Source of the DNA: Thraustochytrium aureum
Lineage: Eukaryota
Length of the DNA: 23,329 nucleotides
NCBI GenBank assembly: GCA_012862495.1
Contig: BLSG01000402.1
Coordinates: 112,146-135,474, forward strand
Direction: 5' to 3'
Shown in pieces: positions 9,627-17,373 of this stretch. The notes under the pieces were generated by a model. That model was not told the origin of the DNA. It saw only the letters and a program-made list of their open reading frames with translations, and searched no databases. Position 1 is the stretch's first letter. Every line of letters starts with the position of its first letter. The position numbers were made by a program, and so were the translations under genes.

Positions 9627-10590
9627 CTAGGGCTGCATGCGCAGAGCGCCGTCGAGACCTGCTCGTACAGAAATGGGCGAGTTAGATTGGCGGATTCGGC
9701 GCGCACTTGGCGAGGCAAAAACGTACGGATCACTTCCCCGTTGAGCATGCCGTTGTCAATCACGGCGTGGACAAGCTGCGCATACTCCTCTGGTTTGCCA
9801 CTACAGAGCGTCGTTTGCGCGTTGTGTTGCGCGCAAGTTTGTCAGGGTCCCAGCCACCTACCAACAACCCGGCCAGCAATCGGCAATCTGCAAACACGCG
9901 CAACGCAAGAGCGGCAACCAACAAAAAAACGCACAGGCGCGAAGGGTTGGGCACCGTTGCGCCGAGCTCGGCCTTGACCTTCTCGGGGAGGTCGGCTAGA
10001 AGGGCCGTGTCGAAGAGTCCCGGCGCGATTGTTACAACGCGGATGCCCAGCCGCGCCAAGTCGCGCGCCATGGGCAGCGTCATGCCGACGATGGCCGCCT
10101 TGCTGGCAGCGTAGGCCACCTGGCCGATCTGGCCCTCATAAGCGGCAATGCTGGCGGTGTTGATGATGACGCCGCCCGGGTTGCTGTCGCCCTCTGGCTT
10201 GTCCGCCATCTTGGCGGCGGCGAGACGGCTAACGTTGAAGGTGCCCACGACATTGATGTCCATGGTGGCCTGAAACTTGTCGAGCGGGTGCGGGCCTTTC
10301 TTGCCGAGCGTCTTGATAGCCCAGGCCACGCCTGCGCAGTTGACCGCAATGTCGAGCCTGTCGCCCGCCGCCTCCACAGCGCGCCGCACTTGGTCGTCGT
10401 TGGTGACGTCGACCTCGGCAAACACGCCCCTGCCGCCGGGCAGCCCAGCGGCGACGCTCTCCCCAGCCGAGCTGCCAAGGTCGGCAACCACGACCTTGGC
10501 GCCGCGAGCGGCGAGTCGCTCGGCGGTGGCTCGACCCAGTCCGCTCGCTGCGCCGGTGACCAACGCCGTCATGCCTTGGAGCGACCTCAT
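9627..10590 (-). CDS. HSD17B10: 3-hydroxyacyl-CoA dehydrogenase type 2 (SDR; HSD17B10/scully family), 3 exons, ~253 aa
   Basis: Exons 10590-9935, 9800-9727 and 9658-9627. Introns 9934-9801 (GTGCGT..CTGAC..TAG) and 9726-9659 (GTACGT..CTAAC..CAG). Motifs TGAASGLG, NCAG, NTASIAAYEGQIGQVAYAASK and GMTLPMARDLA. The spliced C-terminus PNPSRLGKPEEYAQLV...MLNGEVIRLDGALRMQP matches the family. A TTTCCGCAG just before the ATG could indicate an upstream exon. Confidence 0.95.
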
Positions 10591-10979
10591 CCTGCGGAAA
10601 GTGGCGACCAGCGACGTGCCTTTCCCGCTTGCCGCACTGCGGATGCCTTGCGTGCTCTTGCCTGGCAAGCGTAGTCCTGGCGTCCGTGCTCAGGCAGCTT
10701 TGGGGCTCTGCCTGGGGCCTGCTGAGACCGCCAGAGGTGTGGCACAAACTCGCACGACCTCCAACTCGCTGCTCGAAGTGGGAAGTTTTGTCAATCAACA
10801 CAAAGGATGGAGTGTCACGTTGGCCTCGTCGGCGGGCCGCTCAAGTCGCGTGCTTTGCGCGCTAGGCGGCTTGGAGGCAGCTCAGTCGCCGTTTAATGCG
10901 AGCGGTTTCCTGCTGCAGCGGTGCGCCGACAACGGGCGGACGCGCACCTGCGTGGTGGTGCAAAGGTTGCCGTAACGCA

Positions 10980-11047
10980 GCAGGCACGCAGGCACGCAGG
11001 CACGCACGCACGCAGGCACGCAGGCACGCAGGCACGCATGCACGCAG
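10980..11047. repeat. Compound GCAC/GCAG tetranucleotide microsatellite
   Basis: GCAGGCAC and GCAC units read directly. Confidence 0.92.
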
Positions 11048-11228
11048 CTTTGCGCTGAACCGGACGACGAGCGGCCCACAATGGCAACGTCAGCAGCCGT
11101 TCGCACCCAGTCAACAAAACAAACAAAATCAAAACAAGGTCACACATCAGAAGAAGATCGACTTGCTCTAGCGCTAGCTAAGCGGCAGTTCGCCGGACCC
11201 TCCAACAACCTCACACGCGCCGCGCAGC

Positions 11229-11646
11229 TTACTTGGCGTAGGCAACGACCTGCGGCTGCTGGTTCTGGTGCTGCTGCATCATGTGCATGTTCGTGTTCTG
11301 CGAGATGTTGCTGGTGATCATCCAGTAGCCAATGCCCCAGCCGATGAGTCCCAGCACACCGAGGCAAGCGCGTACATGGGGAGCATGTTGTCGACGACCT
11401 TGAGCTGGGGGGAAGGTGCTCCTCGCGGCGGCGGAGCCCGGGCAGGGTGCATACGGCAAGGCAGCACGGCACAACCCAGAGAACGACGATGATGGCGATG
11501 TACACCGCGAGGAAGCTGGTGGTGGCAGCAGTGTAATCGTAGTTGTACTGCAGGAAGCGCTCCTGCCAGGACTCGCCGCGGAGGGTGGCGGCCTGAGCGG
11601 CGGCGGCCATGCAGGCCAGGATCAGGGCGGTAGCCTTGGAGAACAT
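11229..11646 (-). CDS. Small orphan membrane protein (signal peptide + 2 TM + Q/N-rich tail), ~139 aa after correcting two apparent one-base deletions
   Basis: AAAATG start; MFSKATALILACMAAAAQA signal; TM1 FLAVYIAIIVVLWVVPCCLAV. Strongly C/G-ending codons continue in shifted frames (QLKVVDNMLPMYA, then CLGVLGLIGWGIGYWMITSNISQNTNMHMMQQHQNQQPQVVAYAK-TAA). Adding one base to G6 at 11407-11412 and one to AA at 11366-11367 gives a single ORF. Confidence 0.65.
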
Positions 11647-11869
11647 TTTGCTGCTTGTGCTGGTGTGTTGGCTTGGACCTGATCGAGCTACTAGCTGCTT
11701 TGGGCTAGGTTGATGCTTGGGAGGCCTTGGTTGCGTTTGGGGTCTGCCTTGCTGGCCGCTGCGGCTTCGACTTGGATTGGGGCAGACTGTACTACTACTG
11801 CTACTCTATACCCTATACCTCTTAGCAGTCGCAAGGAAAAGCCAGATTGGCCCAGCGCAAGAGCCGCAC

Positions 11870-12078
11870 NNNNNNNNNNNNNNNNNNNNNNNNNNNNNNN
11901 NNNNNNNNNNNNNNNNNNNNNNNNNNNNNNNNNNNNNNNNNNNNNNNNNNNNNNNNNNNNNNNNNNNNNNNNNNNNNNNNNNNNNNNNNNNNNNNNNNNN
12001 NNNNNNNNNNNNNNNNNNNNNNNNNNNNNNNNNNNNNNNNNNNNNNNNNNNNNNNNNNNNNNNNNNNNNNNNNNNNNN
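11870..12078. other. Assembly gap (209 N)
   Basis: N run. Confidence 1.
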
Positions 12079-13624
12079 TGCCCTCCTCACAAGCCAAGGG
12101 CTCGAGCTGTTCGAGTGCTTACTCGTCCCTCTGAAGCGGCCTGTGCGTTCTTCGCACGCCCCCAGCAGGTCTCGTCGGATGCACCACCTATACTTGCTCA
12201 TCAGAAGCGACTGTAAACGTGTTTCTTTGCCTCTCTTCGCCAGCGCAAGCCGCAAGTCACACCCGCTGCTGGCTCGGAGGCCTTGTGGATCCGTCGCACT
12301 CACGGCTGCTCAGATGTGCCGTGCATGGTCACGGCTGGCTTGTCGCGTGTCGGGAGAAGAAAAAGCTCGTGTCAGCGGTGAGTCGTGCCAAGTACCGCGA
12401 GCACGGGCAGGATCCTTGGTCGAGGTGGTCGAGGTCACACGACCACTTCCACCAGTCGCTCGTGAGTCAAACTGGCTCATCGTAAACGTCGAAGAACGCA
12501 GCAATTGCGTGGCCTCGCAGCTTCTTGCCCCTTTCGCGTTGATTCTCGCTTGGGCTCTTTCAATCAAGCTCATCATCGGCCTTGCACCTGCGAAAGCAAG
12601 CTCTTCAACGCTCTTCAACAAATTGCTTCCGCCCCACTTGCCCGTTCCATCCATCCATCAACGAGTTCACAGGAGCAAAGAGCCGAGATAGTGCCTCGCG
12701 GCACCAATCTGTGCCGTCCTGGAGGTGACGCGTGTCGGTGGGCAGAGCGCTAGCTAGTACTTACTTACTCCTCTACTCCCGGTGTTCTCGACGCGGGCGA
12801 ACCCACCTGCCGCTGGCAGTCGGGACGTCCACCAGTGGCACGTGAGCGAGCAGGTAGGTAGGCAGGCCGATGTAGAGTACGAGTAGAGAGAGTACCCACC
12901 CTATCACGCCAGCCGGTGGTGGGCGGGCGGGGACCGCCACACGCGCGCTGGAACAAACTTGCCCAGCATCAGGAAACGTACGTACCAATCAATCCACAGA
13001 TAAGGCACAACAGAGAAGGGGGCACTCTACTCTACTCAACTCTACGCTCCGCTCCACTCTGGCGCGCTCGCCGCAGCAGCCTGAGCGCAGATGAACGGCG
13101 AGGATTCAGCCTGCCGGTGTGTCCGTGCCATGGAGAGCCACGGCGTCGCGTTCTTCTCGTTTGCCTTCCCTCCTCAGCCTCTGGCTCTCGCTCGCTGCAC
13201 ACCTGGCTCGTCGCGTGCGCGCTCGAGGGGTTAGAGCACGCCAGTCCGGTTTGCCCGTGCAGGCGATTCCCCGGGAAACGCAGCGGAGCGTGAAGCGGGA
13301 GCGCCTCGTATTTGGCCGCAGCGCGCCACAAAGTGGCTGCCGAACAAGCCAGCACGAGCCAGCACGACCCACTCGCAGCGTTGGGGAAGTACTCGAAGTA
13401 CTCGGAAGTACTCTACTTCTACGATGTGCCGGTGCCACCGAGGAGGATGTGCCGTGGTATCGACGCCCCGGCTCCGAGTCGATCATCATGATGGCAGAAT
13501 TCCTCGAGTGCCTTGTGCCCCACCGCGACCGTGACCTTGAACATCACGTGGCTTGTGCTCTCTGCCTTGCCGCTGCTCCTCGCCCACAACGGCAGCCCGG
13601 CGCGAGCGCAGGCCGACGGCTCCC

Positions 13625-13986
13625 NNNNNNNNNNNNNNNNNNNNNNNNNNNNNNNNNNNNNNNNNNNNNNNNNNNNNNNNNNNNNNNNNNNNNNNNNNNN
13701 NNNNNNNNNNNNNNNNNNNNNNNNNNNNNNNNNNNNNNNNNNNNNNNNNNNNNNNNNNNNNNNNNNNNNNNNNNNNNNNNNNNNNNNNNNNNNNNNNNNN
13801 NNNNNNNNNNNNNNNNNNNNNNNNNNNNNNNNNNNNNNNNNNNNNNNNNNNNNNNNNNNNNNNNNNNNNNNNNNNNNNNNNNNNNNNNNNNNNNNNNNNN
13901 NNNNNNNNNNNNNNNNNNNNNNNNNNNNNNNNNNNNNNNNNNNNNNNNNNNNNNNNNNNNNNNNNNNNNNNNNNNNNNNNNNNNNN
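13625..13986. other. Assembly gap (362 N)
   Basis: N run. Confidence 1.
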
Positions 13987-14007
13987 AAAACCACGGACCT
14001 CGGCGCG

Positions 14008-15480
14008 ATGCTGCCCTTTCGAGAGCACGACAGCGAGCAGGTCAGCGAGCAGGGTAGAGAGCAAGGTGATGGCCCAGGGACGGGCCAAGGCAGCACGTGG
14101 TCGAGCGGCACGGGCGGCCGCGAGGACGCTGACGGGTTGGCGGACGTCGACCTGCAAGCGCCAGAGTCGGGACCCGGCGCCTGCGTGCTGCCCACCATTG
14201 TCTTCTCGCAGTTTGCTGGGACGGCTCTGTGGTTTGCGCCCAACGCGGTCGTGTCCCAGATCGAGGGCTTTGGCAGCACCGAGCTGGCTGTGCTCACCTC
14301 GCTCGTGCAAGCCGGCTTCATCGCAGGAACCTTTCTCTTCACCTACTACGGCATCGCCGATCGATACTCTGCCCCGCTGCTGTTTTGCTTCATGGCGCTG
14401 CTGGGCGCAGCCCTGAACGCCGTGTGCATCGCGACAGTGAGCTTTGCGGCCTGGGCCGTCCTCCGCTTTGTGATCGGGTTTTGTCTCGCCGGCGTCTACC
14501 CGCTCGGGATGAAGATAGCGGCGAACAAGTACCCGCAGGGGCTTGGCGCGCGCCTCGGCGTCCTGATTGGCGCATTGGCGCTCGGAACCGCTTTTCCCTG
14601 GCTCGTGCGCGGACTTGGCGACAGCGCCGCCGAGCAGTCTGGCCAGCTACCCTTCCAGGCGACGCTCGCTGCGGTCTCGGTGCTGGCTGCCCTTGGCGCA
14701 ATCCTTATGCCGGCCGTGCTCATCCCATCCGGGGAGCGCGTGGCTACCTTGCGCGGGTTTTGCGGATCCGCGCAGCAGGGTGGGCCGTCGAAGCCCGCCC
14801 TGCAAGTTGGCGCTGCGGCAATCCGCGAGATCTGGTCTCGCCCGGCGTTCAGGGCGGCGGCGCTGGGGTACTGGGGCCACATGTTCGAGCTGTACGCCCT
14901 CTGGGCCTATGTGCCCGTGCTGGCCGCGGCGCATGCGGAGGCCTGGCAGGGCGCAGCGGTCCTCAACGTGGCCCTCACCACGTTTGCCGTCATCGGGATC
15001 GGCGCGGCTTCCTCTGCTCTGGCTGGCGTGTGGAGTCTGACGGCTGGGCGCGGAATCTTGCCTGGGAGCGCGGTGGCCGCGCAAGCCGCGCTCTCTGCCT
15101 CGGGCCTCTGCTGCGCGATCGTTCCCGCGTACCATTGGATGCCTCCTGGGGTTTTCCTCGGCTTTGTCCTGTTCTGGGGCTTTGCTGTGGTTGCGGACAG
15201 CGGCCAGTTCTCAACGCTTTGCGCACAGTCCGCGCCGCCGCACCTTGTTGGCAGCGCGCTTACGCTCACCACCTGCATCGGCTTTGCGATCACGATCGTC
15301 AGTATCCAGCTCCTTGGGGCCCTCTTGCGCCATGGCGTCGACCCGGGTTGGGCGCTCTTCGTGCTCTTGTTGGGACCTGTCTTCGGCATGACCTTCAGCT
15401 ACGCCTGCTGGCCCCTCCACCGCCTCTGCGTGCACAGCGCCGCGCGCTCGACGACGCCGGGCCCGAGTGCAGCCATCTAA
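14008..15480 (+). CDS. Major facilitator superfamily transporter, bacterial-type subfamily, ~490 aa, no visible intron (true start may lie in the gap)
   Basis: About 12 hydrophobic segments. Motifs SQFAGTALWFAPNAV, LTSLVQAGFIAGT, GIADRYS (motif A-like), LRFVIGFCLAGVYPLGMKIAA, GALALGTAFP, GYWGHMFELYALW, VVADSGQFS and GSALTLTTCIGFAITIVSIQL. A hydrophilic N-terminal extension of ~58 aa precedes TM1. Confidence 0.9.
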   Translation: MLPFREHDSEQVSEQGREQGDGPGTGQGSTWSSGTGGREDADGLADVDLQAPESGPGACVLPTIVFSQFAGTALWFAPNAVVSQIEGFGSTELAVLTSLVQAGFIAGTFLFTYYGIADRYSAPLLFCFMALLGAALNAVCIATVSFAAWAVLRFVIGFCLAGVYPLGMKIAANKYPQGLGARLGVLIGALALGTAFPWLVRGLGDSAAEQSGQLPFQATLAAVSVLAALGAILMPAVLIPSGERVATLRGFCGSAQQGGPSKPALQVGAAAIREIWSRPAFRAAALGYWGHMFELYALWAYVPVLAAAHAEAWQGAAVLNVALTTFAVIGIGAASSALAGVWSLTAGRGILPGSAVAAQAALSASGLCCAIVPAYHWMPPGVFLGFVLFWGFAVVADSGQFSTLCAQSAPPHLVGSALTLTTCIGFAITIVSIQLLGALLRHGVDPGWALFVLLLGPVFGMTFSYACWPLHRLCVHSAARSTTPGPSAAI

Positions 15481-15652
15481 ACTACCTCCGCGTTGCGCAC
15501 CGACCCCTGGCGAGCACCGGCACGGTAGAACTCGTGTCCATGGCGCCACCACATCCATGCGCAGGAACGAATGCCCAGCCCGCAAGCAAGCCTGCGGCTG
15601 GCAACTTCGAGCTCCCAAGACCTGGCTGGCTGCCCAGTAGACCTGGAGCTGG

Positions 15653-15895
15653 CTGGCCACCATCGGGGCCTGGGGATCTTCTGCTCTGACACTCGGTATC
15701 GGACTTGTCCTCGCCGGCATCCGTCGGGGCCGGGGAGATCGACAACAATCAATCATCTGCCAAAGTTGTTCTGGCCGGCCTCGGGGCCCAAGAGATCGGC
15801 AACAATCAATCAACCAACCAACCAATCATCTGTACGCGTTCTGGCCGGCGTCGGGGCCCGGGAGATCCCAGCGTCGGCGATGATGCATCTGTTCT
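15653..15895. repeat. Degenerate tandem repeat, 4 units of 57-70 bp
   Basis: Core TCGGGGCC...GATC at 15663, 15724, 15781 and 15851. The two central units continue ACAATCAATCA...ATCTG; units 3 and 4 begin GTTCTGGCCGGC. Confidence 0.85.
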
Positions 15896-16064
15896 GCACC
15901 TGCTGAATTTCTGCTTCGTCGCAACTCGAAATGTTCGAGACGAGTCCGAGGGTAAACTCTCCGAGCGCAAAATGCGCGACGCCCAATAGAGCATCCAAGC
16001 CAGCAAACCCCAAACGCGGAAGCGGAGACTGACGCAGGAGAGCAGAGCGCGAGCGGATAGACAC

Positions 16065-16098
16065 GCACGCAAGCAAGCAAGCAAGCAAGGAAGGAAGA
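16065..16098. repeat. GCAC/GCAA/GGAA tetranucleotide microsatellite
   Basis: Read directly, ~50 nt upstream of ATG 16150. Confidence 0.88.
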
Positions 16099-16149
16099 TC
16101 GGTTGCGGGAGACGAGACGCACGGGAGGGCAAGCGGAGGTCGAGCCGAG

Positions 16150-17189
16150 ATGGAATGCAAGGACGGCGTCTGCTTCCTCAAGCCGAAAGTGCTGGAGGTG
16201 CGGCCGCTCGAGGTGACCAATGACGCCGTGATGCTCGAATGGACGCCGAGGGAGGGCGCGTTTGAAAGGTTCCAGGTGGACATGCGCGAAGGGGAGGCGT
16301 GGAAGACGCTCAGCGAACAGGTCAAGTCGCCTTTTCTGCGCAAGAAAAACCTCACACCAGCAGCCCAGCACGAGTTCAGAGTCCGCGGGTTTGCCAAAGG
16401 CGCTTGGTCGCCGTTCAGCCAGCCGTGCTCTGTGCAGACCCTCGCAACGCCGGCGCCACCAGCGCCGGCCGTGCGGTCCGTGACCGCGCAAGAAGAAAAC
16501 AAGTTTGTGGCGACTCTCGAGTGGAAACCTGCGGCGGCCGGCTCGCTCTACGAGGTGCAGATGCGACGGATGAATGACGCGTCCATGGAGTGGGTCTCGC
16601 TGTCGCAGACGCTGAAAGGAGCCGCCGTCAAGAGAAAAACCTCCTCGCCGCGCCGGACTACATCTTTCGCGTGCGGTCGCGCGAGTCAGAGCAAGGGCCG
16701 TGGGGGCCTTGGAGCCTCGTCTCGCAGCCTGCGGCCACGCCAGCCGTGAACCCGAGCTTTCGCAACCTCTTCGGCGCCCAGCTGCTGCGCCGAGCGGCAG
16801 ACGGCACTACGCAGCGGGTGCCCACCGACATGCTTGCGGGCAAGATTGTTCTCGTCTACTTTAGTGCCCACTGGTGCCCGCCCTGCCGCCAGCAGACGGC
16901 CATGATGCAAAAGCAGTACCCGCACCTCATGAGCAAGGGCCTTCCGGTGGAGATTGTCTTTGTTAGCGCGGACCGGGACCAGGCTGGCTTTGACGAGTAC
17001 TTTGGCTCGATGCCCTGGCTTGCCGTGCCGTACGAGAGCCCGATGCGGCAGCAGGCCATGTCAACCTATCAAGTCAGCGGCATTCCCAAGCTAATGGTGT
17101 TTTCGCCATCGGGCAGGATTATTTCAGACAACGCGGCGGGGGCGCCGATCACCGATCAGATGGTGTCTGCGTGGCTTCAGCAGCGGTAA
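16150..17189 (+). CDS. Two fibronectin type III domains fused to a nucleoredoxin/tryparedoxin-like thioredoxin domain (WCPPC); one-base frameshift at A5 16635-16639
   Basis: FN3-1: AVMLEW...FQVDMRE...WKTL...LRKKNLTP..QHEFRVRG...WSPFSQP. FN3-2: ATLEW...YEVQMRR...WVSL...VKRK[N]LLAAPDYIFRVRSR...WGPWSLVS, where the second half is in the 16590-17189 frame. Trx domain: LAGKIVLVYFSAHWCPPCR, EIVFVSADRDQAGFDEYFGSMPWLAVPY and YQVSGIPKLMVFSPSGRII. Confidence 0.88.
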
Positions 17190-17373
17190 CACATGATACA
17201 GAAACCGGGACGATACGATTGATTGAGACTGATTCGAAAAATAAAACCCAGCACTCTGCGGCCAATTAGAGTCTCGCAGCCGTTCCGCCGTCGTCCGAGG
17301 CAAATCAACTTGAACGCCGCAAAACCCCCTCTCCCTCTACTCGTGCTGAAATGGTTCGCCGGACCGAAGTGCC

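Noticed and set aside
8155..10590. PHA (phaA-phaB) biosynthesis operon
   Set aside because: The SDR has HSD17B10 signatures (EGQIGQxAYxASK, RLDGALRMQP), not PhaB. The genes are convergent and intron-containing, and no phaC is in the window.
11405..11454. Intron GTATGC..CCCCAG in the small membrane protein gene
   Set aside because: This 50-nt splice leads to an early TGA, omits the clearly coding second TM and tail, and has no CTRAC branch. Two one-base deletions explain the data better, though this is not fully excluded.
12079..12700. TGA reassignment or selenoprotein to explain in-frame TGAs
   Set aside because: TGA terminates the peptidase gene (7326-7328), Trp is encoded by TGG in the conserved genes, and I see no SECIS or Cys-aligned context.
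15653..15895. CRISPR-like repeat-spacer array
   Set aside because: Repeats are degenerate, the linkers resemble each other, spacing is irregular, there are no cas genes and the context is eukaryotic.
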